Shown here: piece after piece, positions 38,711 to 54,150 of the stretch
How the letters are laid out: the number at the start of each line of letters is the position of its first letter
How positions within the stretch are numbered: position 1 is the stretch's first letter
Assembly: GCA_040954595.2 (NCBI GenBank)
Contig: CM082598.2
Location: 124,001-188,000, forward strand
DNA length: 64,000 bases
DNA from: Balanoglossus misakiensis
Taxonomy: Eukaryota; Animalia; Hemichordata
Reading direction: 5' to 3'
The notes under the pieces: model-generated
The model's input: the letters and a program-made list of their open reading frames with translations, nothing else
Database searches by the model: none
Told to the model about the DNA's origin: nothing
Position numbers and translations under genes: made by a program

Positions 38711-41700
38711 TCATCCCATTGAAAGCAAGGAATTTATAGCGGCTTCCTTGTCTCCATTATTTGCCTCTAAGATTGATCGGACCACTTGTTTCTCAACATT
38801 AGGGAACATTTCTTGTACAGCATCTATGTCTGCATCTGTAATTGCTACTGCTGTCTGTTGTGGCCTCTGCTGTTGATGTTGTGGTGGTGGTGGTGGTTGA
38901 ACTTGTTGTCCCTGTGGTGCTACTTGCGCTGGTATTGGTTGTCCTAAGTACAGAGAACAAATATACATGATAGATACACTGTGTGAATGCATACAGCAAA
39001 ATACATAGCCAAAGTTTTGTCCTAAGTTTTCCCTTTCTTCAAGCATGTAAGATAGCAAAAGTGGCTGCATTGGCTTGTAATGTAAACTTCATTTTTTTTC
39101 AGGATTTTCAAGACTGCCTCTAATACAATGGTTGGTTAATCCTCCCTCCCCTTCCATTTATCCATGCTCAATTGGTTTAATAAAATACACCACAACAAGT
39201 TACAGACAGTGGCTCTGAAAAGTGTTCAGCTGGAACCATTCCTCCCATTTCCTATTTCCTCAGCCCTCCCTCCCTCCCTCTTCCATTTATCCATGCTCAC
39301 CTGGCCCATAAGGTACGCCACCATAAAACATTGGTTGTGGCATCATTACAACTGGCATTTGTTGGGAATACATCATGGGTCCTCCACCTGGTGCTTGTGG
39401 TGTTTGTTGTTGATAAACTACAGCACCGGTTGGGGGTGGTTGGTGCGGCTGAAAGATGAAAAATACAAAGAGAATGATTGACACTTTCAGATTTGGAAAT
39501 CACTGCACCATTTCTTTGAAGTACTAGATACAAATGCAATGTGCTCCCACGTTTAATTTGTGTAGATGTACATGAACAAAAAGGGACAGGTTGTTTAGTT
39601 GCTTCTAACAGACCATTATTTTTCTGAATGTCCGTCCCCGAGGCACATACTGCCGTAAGATGATATCAAGATGATTCCTTCAGTATTTTTTGATCATTCT
39701 TGCAAACAATCATCTAGACAGACAGACAGACAGACAGCCAACCAGACAGACAGCAGATAGACAGACAGAGACATTTTCAACCTACATGAACTGCTTCTAT
39801 ATGTATCATGATGTACACACTTACAGTGAAGGTAAGTACAAGATTGATCATTCCCTCTTTGTCTTCTCCTTGCTTACCACTGAGTGTATACCAGTCATCC
39901 TTAGTTTCTCCAGACATGACCATCTCTGCAATGGTAATGTGAGCCCATGCTATCCTGTCATCAGTGGTAAATGATTTCTGTGGACAGAAAGCAACATTAT
40001 TGGACAATTTTTGATGCTGAACATAAATAAATAAGATTCACCCCATCAACTGATGAGCTTTCTCGATTAAGACTTTGAAATATGTTTGATTCAAGGAGAT
40101 CTCTAACTTCTCTGGGCAAATATGTGATTGATTCTTGTTACATGTGTACAAAACATTCAAGTTTTAAGTCTGTCTTACTGATGTTGAGATAATACAGATC
40201 TGATAAATGCTCAACTAAGTGATCTTTGATGCCTACCTTATAAGGAAAAAATGATTCTTCTCCTGAAATAGCGAAACCCGAATGTAGTTGATACTTTTTT
40301 TTAGTTGTATGCCTAGTTTCTTTCAAGTCCATCAAATTTGCTCTGTAATATCGTGCTTAAGTGAAGTGTAAGAAAAGGGTCCTGTTGCTTCACAGTTGCG
40401 CGGCTGTCGACCAAAAACATTCACGTGCGCGGGTGGGAGAGTCAAGCCAGGCGGCCAATGTGACATCAATGTTTTTACAGTAGTAACTTAGAAGGATTGT
40501 GACAGAAGCTATAGACAGTGGCTACGGTAAAAACACTCCTAAACTGCTAGCCTTTCAAGTTTCAATAAGAAAACAATGAAAAGAGCAAAGACATGGAATT
40601 GGGGAATTTCACACTTTGTGTCCATGACACAATTCATTTTGCAACTTATGCCGCACACCAAGTATCACTGACCTGATTCTATTTAAAGTCCAACAAATAA
40701 TTTCTTGCTTCAGTTAGGTGTTGTGTCGACACATGATTTGATCACATGAAAATATCCCACTTACCTCATCAAAGATTTCCAGATAGAAAGAGTCCACACC
40801 ATGTGGGAGATTACACTGTATGACTTTATTCCATCGTGGATTTTTGGCTCCGTTGTGGGCTGTTGGTGTCTCAAACACGGCATGCCCAACTCGAACACGA
40901 CAATACGGATCCATTTTAGTCAGTCCATAATTCTTGGCTAGCTTGCCCTGAAAGTAAGACCAGCATGTTATACAACCAACATACACATATCAATGTACTG
41001 CAACTAAAACTAGCAAAGAAGTTGTCTGCATTCTACTAGAAAGTAATACAGCAATACTTTCATAGGCATTTTCTAAGGAAATAGAACACACACATAAAAT
41101 AAAGCAACATGAAAACAGTGTTTATGATGCAGAATCGTGACTTACTTGAGCAATTGTTATGCTGAGCCGTCCCTGACTATTCTGTTGGTAAGCAGCAGAA
41201 CCACCCCATCCTGGTTGCTGATACTGCAGCGCTCTCGCAGTCTGTTCATCAAGACTCATCTGACTTTGTTGATCAGCTGACGGTATCCGCAGGAAATCTT
41301 CAGGTAGTTCTCCAATCATCACCTATGATGAAAAAACATTCCAGAAAAGAGTGAGAATTGTCATCCACATTTACAGTCTATCCTTCACATCAACTAATTT
41401 TCAAAGCTCCTGCACTGATGCTATCCTAATCTATGTACCGGTCCAGTATAAGTATATGCAGTCAAGTGCATATACTGTAAGGAGGGTAAAGTTGTGTTTT
41501 GATAATCACAGACAAAACTACAGTAACTGTAACATTGCCTTGTTTTTCAGCCAACATGTACAAGATACTCAATAAGTCGCGTGAAGTGGCTGAGTGTGTA
41601 CACACTCTGACACATACTTTTGTTTGTATAAGTTTCTAATGACTAACAAATTCACAGAATGGAATATTCTGTACAAGCACTGCATCTCTTCCTTGGGCCA

Positions 41701-44700
41701 ACCTACATCACTGAAATAAAATAATCAGGACATTCCAAAGAATGTTGACAAGAGGGGAACGCACACACAGAGACAGTATGTTTCACCTTTAATGTTTCCA
41801 AGACTCCACAAGACCCTAAGATATATTATGTGGCAAGGCAGTTTATATGGGAAGACATTCCCATGTGACACATGGCAAACAACACATGACCCATCATGCT
41901 GAACATCACAAAAGTTGCATGTTAAACACTTTTCCAACTGTCGGTCTCCCAAATAATATGTAATTAGGTTCTCCACTATATTACCACAGATACCCTTGGA
42001 ATATCAATGCAGCCATGTCAAGGAGAAAAAGCAATGTTACCACAGTTACTAACAATCTATTTCCCAACACTTGGAGAGCAAAAACATTGTTGCACAACAT
42101 GGAAATTTCACACCTGTGCAATGAACTACTGAAACAATTGTCTCTAAGGAATTTCCAAGAAGTAAATTCTTGACATATGTTTGATTAATGAAGTCTATCG
42201 AAGTCTGTGCTGTGGACATGTACATTGAACTTGACCAATTATTGGTAAGAAAAAAAGAAAATCAAAGTGTGGCCACTGGGGGCGCTATCTCATACAAGAT
42301 AGAGTGTTAACATGCTGCCCTATTGAGAGTACTATTTGCTGTTTGCACAGGAGCTTTGGGTTCATTTGATGTGAAGAAAAGAGCTTTAATGAACATTCTG
42401 AAAGTTAAAATCTTTACCTAGAAATGTTCACTTCAACAAGATATCTTTGTTTTTCACACACACACACATCCTACCAAATTACAATACACAGATAAAAGTA
42501 TGGGGTGAAATGATAACTTTTTGTGGAACTTTTGACACCTCATTCCTTGTAATCACAATGACACCAATTCTACACCATAAGTATATGTCATTTATGGAAT
42601 TTTAACTACTGAATTTCAAGGCATAATTATACCTGTTGTGCCTTGTCACTGCTCAACACACCGGCCTGAAGGAAAACAAAGTACATTTGATCATTAAAAT
42701 GAACAAAGTAACAGTAAAGAAGACAGGAATACTTCTAAAGATGTTCTCGCGGATAAAAAGTAAGACAGTGAAATGCAGAGAAGATTGGGAAACAACCAAG
42801 TTTAGTAGAATTTTAGACACCTCCGCGTTGATTATGGAACTATTACAAGTACATGCATCATGAAAATGGAAATCTACCCAGTGCATACATGGATGTGCCA
42901 ACACCAAATATAGATGCTTTCCTCCCTTATTTTTTGTAAAATGGGCTGACACCGGACAGAATGTAATCAGGTTGTTTCATTTCACTACAGAACAACAGGG
43001 GTGCACAGTTTGAATTAATTCTTCAGGCAAGTTAGTACATGTAAAGCATGTAACTTCACTTACAGAATTTCAGGTGATGAAATTAAAATTAAATATGTGG
43101 CAATTTCAAAATATAACATGCAGTCACCTCATTTTGGTTTGGTTTCGATCCAACTGCCTTCACAGCACTTGAATATATATCCAGAACTTCCCACTCTTCA
43201 CCGATCGATCTTGAACTTATGTAAAGGTCGTCAGTTTCAAGGTCATCTTGGCTGTGGGGTTGACTGTCAGAAGTACTGCTTTCATCCATTGGACCAGAGG
43301 AATCAACACTGTCTTTTGTTTCAGGTGTTTTAGAATCTTCAGAGTTGAGAGAGTTAAGGCTCGGGGTGACGGATGACGGCTCGACTGACACAGTTTCAGA
43401 ACTCGGTGCAAAAGTCTCTTTCTTTGTTTCATCAGGTTTATTCAAAGTTGTGTCTGCCACATCATTTGTCTCAAAATCTTGTTCCGTCAGAGTTGAGTCA
43501 GCTGTTGCCATTTCTGTGGATGGATCAGTCATCAACACTCTTTCAACGCTTTTAGCTGCGACACCCTGGTCTCCACTAGATTGAACAGCAGCTTGCCCAC
43601 TATCTGTTAAGTTTGCTCCTGAAATGGTGGTTGATTCTGCTACTGCTGCAGGATGTAGACTTACTTCTGAAGCAGTAATGTCCGTTGAAGTTTCCCTATC
43701 AGACACAGTTCTAGCTGCAGTGAGTACTGAAGGATTCACGACTGTTGTAGTCGCAATTGTCGGCCCAGATTTCGTCCAAGATGTGGCAGCACTTCCAGGT
43801 TTGACAACATTGACGTCATCTACTTTCACAGGCCGCTGCTGCACAGCATCTGCACGCTGCAGTGCTGCTGATGAAGCAGCTGCAGTTCTTCTTGCTGCAA
43901 TGGGTACTGCAGTCTTCTCCTTTGCCAATGTTTGATTTCTCCTTGAAGAGGTTATCAAGGATCTGGCTGGGAGACTGGTTTGCTTCTTCATCACATGACC
44001 TGTTTCAGTCTTTGAGTGCAAATGATGAGTTTTATCAACAGGTGTTCCTGGGGAGGGTTTTGCACTGAGATCCATAAACTCATTCAACAAGGCCACATAC
44101 TCAGGGTCCTTCATCAAGCTCACTGTGAGTTCTTCCTCACTGGGAATAATGTTGAAACTGGCACTCTGATTGGTAAATTGGGCAGGTGCAATCCCTTGAG
44201 ACTGAATCTGACTGGTTACTGGGTAAGCACTGACAGTCCTTTCATGTTGAAATGCCATTTGATATGGTGAGAAGTTAGCCGGATTCACAGCATATGGATT
44301 TTTTACGCTACTGTTCAGTGAGAACATTTGGGTCTGAGAGGGGACATTAGCCTGGCTGTAAAAATGTGCATTGGGCTGTTGATAGACATAACTTGTGTTG
44401 GTAATTGCTCCAGATGACAAACTACTATATGGGTACATGCCCATGGGTTGACCTGGTTTCATTGCAGTGGATCTTGCAGTTGTCATTGCTGCTGAAGAAC
44501 TCATCATTTGATTGGTGGCTCCACCTGGTTGACTTGCATAATAATATGCAGAACTTTGATTTGGGATGTATGATTGGTGGCCTGGGGTGTATGCAGAGTT
44601 GATGTCGCTATTTACTGGATAAGCTGGTTGTTGTGCTGATCCAGTCAAAGGACAACTTACTGGTTGAATGCTGGCTTGGTTTTGACAAGTAACTGAGGTA

Positions 44701-47700
44701 GATTGGCTGGAGACAGCGGTATTCACTTGAGATTCACTTCTTTGAGGATTATTCTGACTGTATCTAATTCCAGCATCAGGATTGGCTGTTGGCACGTAGT
44801 GCTGTTGTGATGGAAGAATCTGATTGGTTGATGTTGGCTGGGCCACTTTGACCGATTGCTGCTGTTGAGTTGTTTCAATGGTGGGCAGAAGATGACCTCC
44901 AAACTGGTAAGGAAGCTGTCCTTTTGGTGTTAGTTGGGACATCATTTGTGTCGGGGGTAGATTTTGCAAATTTGTGTAATGAAGGTTCTGATTGGCCATT
45001 GATGTCATACTCACAGGAATGGGCTGCCATTGGTCAGGCATTTGACTTCCTGGTGTAGATCTGGGTTGTTGTGACAGCGACATTCTTGCAGGGTCTTGGA
45101 TTGGCTGCTGTATCAACTGCGGCTGCATGTGATTGGCAGTAGATGATATCATATGGATGGACTGTGGCTGGGCTAACATTCTCTTTTCAATTGCTGCAAC
45201 TCCGTGCTGAAGTTGTGACTGACTGCTGACTGCAGGGGCCTGGAACTGTTGTTGAATTGATTGTGGCTGCATCTGATTAGCTGGTGCAGTGCTTCCTTGT
45301 TGCTGTAGTTGTAGAGGCATGTTGTGTTGCAGTTGGGTTTGACTGCCAAATGCTGAAGCTGGGTATTGTCCCTGCAGCTGACTCATCACTGGTGTCAGGT
45401 TTTGCTGATGGATTTCTTGCTGCAGATCTGCTGTGGTTTGGAACTGTCCTTGTGGTTGGGTGTGTACTGCTATGGGCAGAACATTCTCCTGCATGACTGA
45501 TGCAGTCCCATGTTGCCGCATCAGCTCTGACTTTGATGTTGCTGAGGTTGCTGCTTTGGTTTGCTGTCCTGCAGACTGATTGGCTGTCATGGCTCCATCA
45601 TGTTTCTGCATCACAGCAACCTTACCTGTTGACAACACTCCTGTTGGTTGCAGTTCGCCTTGCATTTGGTATGTTGCTGTTGCTGCTGTTGCAGGCAATG
45701 GCTGAAGATGTTGATGAGTAGCGCTCTGATCACCCAGCTGGGACTGACTAGGCTGTGGTTTGGTTTCTTCTGCTGCATCTCGTTCCTGCTGCAGTTGATG
45801 CTCCAAATCTGCTGCTACCTTGTGTTGTTTCTGGTTTTCTTCTGAATGATGACTTCCTCTCACAGTGTCTTGTTGAACGCTCTTAGATTGCAGTTCCATT
45901 GCATCTTTGGTGTTATCAGCCTGTTTTTCCACTGTCCCCTGTTCATCTGTTGATGCTTGACTGGCCTTCACAGGGATCAGTGGGTCCTGCAGCTTGGGGT
46001 TCTCTTCAATGCTGTTCTGGGGAAATATTGCCTGTTGATTGGGGTTGAGAAAGGTGGCTGGGTTGCTTTGCTGGTACATTTGTGGCTGAATGACTGCTGG
46101 TTGCTGGGGATACCCATACAATGGGAAATACGAACGGGGATATTGCATACTTTGCTGGACATTTGAAGGGAATTGCTGAGTTGCTTGTGGAAGCAACAAT
46201 GCTGGTGTTCCAAAATAGTCCACTATTACTGGCTGAGCTGATTGGTTTATTGGATACAAACCAGGTTGCCAAACTGGCTGATTAACCAATGGTCGCACAG
46301 CATTGTCTGTTGAAATGGATGGAGTGATCTGCTGTTGGCCGATCACAGCAGGAGCACATGGTGACACACTTTGTTGGAGGGGCAACTGTGTGGCTCCACC
46401 AGGCAATATTTGCTGCTGGTTGTAAATGCCTTGGTTGATAGGATATTGTGGAGTGTTGTAAATTGGTGACTTCTGTTCATCCTGTGACTGAGTGGCTGAT
46501 GATACTTGTTGGGATAATACTGATTGTGGCAATAATGGAGTTTGTGCCATCTGATTGGTTGACGCTGAAGGTACACCGGGTACATCAGGTTGAGTAATTT
46601 GATTGGCTCTGCATGTAAATGACATATTGTAATGTTGCTGAGCTGTCAAAGGATAACTGGTTGTTGGGTTTTGTACTGGCACTGGACAGTCACTGGGTTC
46701 TATGTTGACCCCCGGTTCTTTAACCACAGACAGAGCGCACTGCTGGTTTTCTGAGATCTGGTTACTTGTTGATGTGACACCTGGTGGGTTCACTTCTGGA
46801 TAAACATTTTGATTGGGTGTACTTGGAAGCTGAGGTTGGATTGAGACTGGAACACTCTGTTGCTGCTGAACTGGCTGTTGCAATTCACTGCCAGTAGTCG
46901 CTGCAACATTTGACACATCACTTGAATGAGTCAATGATCCATCAGTGGCTTGAAAATGTGTGCTACATGCTGATTGGTTGTTGCTTTGCAGGGATGCCAT
47001 ACCAGTGATCTCATTGGTTAGTGTAGGAGAAATAACATTCAAAGCTGACATCTGATTGGTCACAGTCGTGTCACACCTTGCATTTTCCATATCCAACTTA
47101 TTGCTTGCTGATTGTATTTCTGGACAGAGTGAAGAAACTGTTTCTTGAATTCTGTTCGTAGAACCACTTTCAGGTTGATTCAACACCTCATTCTTTACTG
47201 GACTTGCAACAACACCAGTAACATCAACTGCAAGTTGCTCTTCTTGTGTGTCCTCTGATATTTGTACATTTTCAACAGGCTAAGCAAAGTCAAAAAGCAA
47301 ATCATTAATATTATAGAATGCTGTACTAATACATTCTGTAAACCAAACTGCATTCATGTGGATCAATTGATCAATTAACTATTGATCATCAACTTCATGA
47401 CACGTCACTGATATACAAATCAGCAGTTACTTAGGACTTGGTTTTATTTAACAAGAAAGGTTTATAGCATATGTCTTTTGTTCTGCTGATGGATGTTTCT
47501 TTTACAAAATGTTAATGTAGTACACACACACAAACAGGGTTTGTACACTAACAGCAGGCTTTCCATGACTTTTAGAATCTTTCCAGCAGTCCTCAAGGAG
47601 TTTTCCTTTTTTTGCAGGAGAGATAAGAGAAGTTATGTGCTAATGTTTCCACCAATGGCCTCCATAGCTGCATCAGTTGCTAAAATCCTTTCTCATACAA

Positions 47701-48809
47701 TGCCATTACTTAGCACTAAATGCCACAGCACACAGACCTACAAGCACCCTCAACATGTATCATCAGAAATAACCCTCCACACTAGACAAGACAATTCATC
47801 AGAGAACTGATCCCCAAGATCTATGCACAGCAGTAATGCCAAACAAACTGCTAGCACACTGCCACAAAGGAACTTATTTGGGGAACTTTACTAAGCCAAT
47901 AATATTAGTCACCTGCAAATTGTTTATGCTGGAAATACATTTAACATTTACTAACAGGACAGTTTGTAATATTGTCTGTGCATGAACTTCCTCAAACAAT
48001 GACAATGTACACACGTACTACAATGCACTAATGAGAAACCTGGGGATGCTGTATTTGATACATATGTGGATACAGTACATCATTGATCAATACTTGTAAA
48101 CTATATATACAAATTGTACACATCACGTAAATCAATAGTCCAAGAAATGGGTACATGTATCTCTCTGGGCTACTATCACTATGGCAAATAAGTGCATTGC
48201 TATCCCATGAAGAGATCAAAATTGGAACCCTATCCCCCAGTGAATGTGGTAGAAAAAAGCCTACCCCCCCCCCCCCCCATGAGTTTGACCATTTCACCCA
48301 TAATTTTGATGAGTTGTACTACATTGATGGCGGTGGGTTGCTTCGTTGATTATACACGGATATACACCACGTGACGTAACCTTACCACTCCCTGGCCCTT
48401 CAGCTGCTTTCGGGGAGGGGGGCGTGGCTGGGCTACGAATCTACAACAACTCAAGGGCGACTGGAAACATGTACATTGTACATGATTGCTGAAAAACGAT
48501 CCATATTCACACGTGAACACAGACCTGTACGCAGGGCCAGGCTTAATGCAGCGAACCCGGATATCATAAAAAAAATACCTTAGGCCTTCATCATAGCCAG
48601 GCTACGAATAAACTACAGCCCACTGCACTGTATACATCTCAAGCTCTGTCGCATAAGAAATTCGCAGACTATGCTAACCTGTGATATTTCTTAGAATATA
48701 AATGCCAGACAATCAGTTTAGAATCATTATTTGTCTCACTTAGCAAATATTTCATTATTTTGCTTCAATTACTGACCTGACTTCGTCTTGTTTCCGTCGT
48801 CGACGCCAT
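38711..48809 (-). CDS. TOLLIP: Toll-interacting protein (TBD + C2 + CUE), about 308-aa standard isoform
   Basis: Exons 48777-48809 ([11 protein letters not shown]), 41146-41322 ([13 protein letters not shown]), 40765-40947 ([16 protein letters not shown]...[10 protein letters not shown]), 39825-39977 (DDRIAWAHI...WYTLSGKQG), 39301-39448, 38711-38943 (CUE: [30 protein letters not shown]). Confidence 0.95.
43128..47279 (-). CDS. Putative giant 4,152-nt cassette exon of TOLLIP (1,384 aa, Q/P/S/T-rich low complexity)
   Basis: Stop-free frame (1365-aa ORF track plus 31 upstream codons); acceptor tttgcttag|CCT at 47279; donor GAG|gtgact at 43128. Phase 0/0, matching TOLLIP exon 1 and exon 2. Confidence 0.75.
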
Positions 48810-49287
48810 TGTTGCTCGAAATAAAATGACGTGTTTCCAAAGATGTACGCCCGCTAGCGGCCATCTCAAACCCTCGATCGTCGTATGGCCTATCCGCCAA
48901 ACATATCAAAAAGTCAAAAACACTCGAGCTTCTAGCTTTCAAAGTCATATTTTTAGTCGATGCGCAAAAAATCTATCCATGATCATATCATGTGTGTCTC
49001 TGAGATCTCCATGACCGAGTCAAGGTCAGAGTGACCAGAAAAGTTTATAAATCAACAGGGGAGAGTGTGACACAAGAAGCAACTGTCATAGACTATTAAT
49101 AAGGCACTGGACAAGATGTTTGTTTGGGGGAATTTATTAAGTTACGTACGGAGAATGGACTACACAACTAATAACTTGTAAAGAACTGTTTCACCCGGAG
49201 ATGTCACATTTGACATTCTGACGTCGTGACTAGAACATTTGGTTACTGCATTGTATCACTGGCGAAGTTGGATCAATATAGCGCCAT

Positions 49288-51146
<1,859 letters not shown>

Positions 51147-52501
51147 AGTCTCTTCACAAATCAATAAATGTTGCTTTAATGATCCAACCGTTGAATAGGC
51201 TCAGGTAATCTAAATCTCACATCGTTTTTTAATACGCATCATTCCACACGTACAAGATACTAGTAAATCACTGCAGTATATTGCATTATCACGGGGATAC
51301 ATCATGCATGCCAGATGTTGACACAATGACAGATGCATGCAATTGTTTCTCATATGAAACCATTCAACCAAAACGAATGTGGAATTATTAAAGTCGCTGA
51401 GTTGTATCAGTTAAAAGCATACAGGCATGTTCAGGCTGTAAAGGTGTGAACTTTCAACTTATTGGGCTACAGTCTTGCACCCACGGATGTAACCTAGACA
51501 TTTTGAAGATAACTATACGGATTGACCGTATATTTCAAACTCTTCCCAAAATGCCTGCCTTGTCTATGGTTCATTTACAAAAACAACATGTAGAAAATGT
51601 ATAAATCCTTTGCGTTAGAAAAATCAATAAAATGAGAATTAACCTGGTTTCCTTGGTGATGAGTATTTGACTTTTGATTGACAGTGTAACAGCTTTCTGT
51701 CTTCCGTTTTAACTTTCGAGTAACTGAACTCTTTCATAATTACATACATTTACGTGTGTGGTGGATGCAAACGCACTGTGCCAAATAAATGGTCGGCCAC
51801 ATGACGAGACTCTGTCGCTAGATCATGTTTTATATTTAGAGCTGAGACAACTACGAACCTATTCGTTTAGAGAATTGCCTAATTTTTGAGGTCACTCACC
51901 TTAAAAAGTGAAAATGTCAACACGACGTGATTGTGAGTCATCGGTATTGACTTCATTATAAAGAGACCACCACAGATTATCGCATTAGCCCAATAGCCTA
52001 ATTTTGTTGACATCAAGATTTCTTCCCCTAAAACGAAGTTTAAAAAGTACGAATTACAGAAATTATCAAGATATCTTGTAGCGAATAGAAAAAATGACAT
52101 TTCATCTTCCTTGCCCTCTGCAATCATTTTCGTTCTTTATGCACAGTACTAGCACCGTGCCTCGTTCGCGAGAATCATTCACTAAACAAATAAATTAGCC
52201 TTTTCCAGCCAAAGTCCAGTTGTAAGGCCACCGACCATTACCTCTAAGGTTATTTCTGACCAACGGCATGTAACATGTAGTTGTGGAAACGTGCTATGTT
52301 TTTGTTGTGATACAGGGAAACAGTTCTAAGTTTGTTACGTCAATTTAGAGAAACCCCCATGGTTATTTTTGTCTGTAGCCCTGTAGTGGGGAAACTCCAC
52401 GGCCAGCTTATACGTCAATATGAGTCATTGTCAGTAGAGGCAGCTCATACATTTAAACTTTTTAGTATTAAGTTTGAAGTTTTGCAGTGAACATCGGCGA
52501 A

Positions 52502-54150
52502 ATGGACGCTGGTCTTCTTCTGTTCTTATTATTTATACTCAATGGTAAGTCTTGTTACATTTGCCGTAATTCTTTATTTTTTAAGACAAGCGAAGATGAC
52601 AATTGACATTGTATTCCTTTCGCGCAGCCTTCTCGGGTTTTTAAGTTGTAGAAACCCGTATGTAGATTATTTTCAGCTTCGTCAGTTGTGTCGCATTTCT
52701 AAAATTTCCAGACTGCATTCACATCTGGCATACATGTGAATGCAGTTTGGAAATTTTAGAAATGCGACGTCTAATAATGTTGGCCTAACACTGAGAACGG
52801 AGAACCTCGCCATCTTGAAAAATACCGTGTCAGTCACTGCAAGGGAAGTCCTTCTCGACGACTAACAAACCAAATTATCTGCATTCACTTTGGAAAACAG
52901 GTAAAAGACAAGCCGCCAATGTTACTTTCTCTCCCATGGATGTCTTAATGAAAAAGAAAACACACTTCTTGCCGAATTTTCTAGCGAGCGGTTGAAATCG
53001 ACCGAACCCGGAAGACTTACCATCTCAGGCCACTCAACATGCTCAAGGAAGATTTCTTTTGTTTACATCATGTGACTTCCTGTATAGCGCCATCTCTGGA
53101 CCAGCGCAGCCAGTCGAGTCAGCAGCTTCAGACAGTCAAGCAAGCAAACGAGTCTTTGAATGAGTCCAAAACCTACAAAATTTAGGCCTAGTTGTTTTTA
53201 ATGTATTATGTATTTCTTAATTTTAGTCGATTCAAGTCACCCCCCTGTTGTACCGTCGGACCAAACTTTCCACGTTAAGGAAAGCGAAACTTTATACATC
53301 GAAGTCCAAACCACATTAAGAAAGCAACTGACCACATCGACGCGAATTCATCTGGAGGTTTACAAACTTGAAGACGATAACTCCCCACAGGTAGTCATTC
53401 AGTCAACGGGGTCAACGACAGAAAAAATCTTACGCTATGGACTTCACATCTACTCGGAGATCGGCCAGAAAAAAGTGAAATCTTTGTTTACTATTGATCA
53501 TTGCAGAGAAGAGGACAGCGCCACCTATCAATTTTCTTTCACTATTCTTGATAGTCCCAGAGTGTTACAGAGCATGCACGCAGTTAACCACGTGCAAGTT
53601 CATCCACGTGAACTTTTCGGTGAGCGCATGCTTATTGACTATTGTTGTCATTTCTAATACTTTAGTATCTTATTGCTTTCTTTTGTTTTAATTCCTTTCA
53701 TTGTTATTTTTATTTTGTAGACGATCCTGGTGACAAAACGACCACAACTGGACCAAGTACTGAACCAATAGTCGAAACTAGTAAGGAAATGTTTTATCAT
53801 TAGTCCAACCTTGTGCTTGTTTAGTATCCACTCACGTTTGCCAATACTTTCCTATGCATCCTGAAAATGCCTCTTGTCTATATCTGCAATAAACTTTGGC
53901 ATTCCGTGATTTCTCGTCATAATTAAATCATAAATCGTGTTTTCATGGCGTTGTAATTCTCTGTTTTTCACTTTTAAAATCATTTTAGGCATAGCGACTT
54001 TAAAATTAAACAGAGAATCTCACTAGGTTGATTTTTGTTCCTCCATTAGCCTCTGACATCACCACTATGTCAAGTGTTGGTTCAAAATCAACCAAGAGCC
54101 TGGGAGTCTTTGTAATCCCGCTGTTGATTGGACTGCTGGAGAATATATAA
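52502..54150 (+). CDS. Small secreted or GPI-anchored protein with one atypical Ig-like domain and a Ser/Thr stalk, about 198 aa
   Basis: Exons 52502-52544 (signal peptide MDAGLLLFLLFILN), 53227-53619 (LFTIDHCREEDSATYQF, Ig E/F-strand pattern), 53721-53780, 54050-54150 (hydrophobic tail LGVFVIPLLIGLLENI*). All introns are phase 1. Confidence 0.7.
52690..52768. mobile_element. 79-bp near-perfect palindrome (MITE-like) in intron 1 of the Ig gene
   Basis: gtcgcatttctaaaatttccagactgcattcacat...atgtgaatgcagtttggaaattttagaaatgcgac. Confidence 0.65.

Noticed and set aside
43097-46585. Short ORFs on the opposite strand or in shifted frames overlapping the giant exon
   Set aside because: These are shadows of a long low-complexity coding frame.
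43089-47186. 1365-aa ORF as a transposon gene or standalone intronless gene
   Set aside because: No transposase, RT or integrase motifs; GTG start; in-phase splice sites at both ends fit a TOLLIP cassette exon better.
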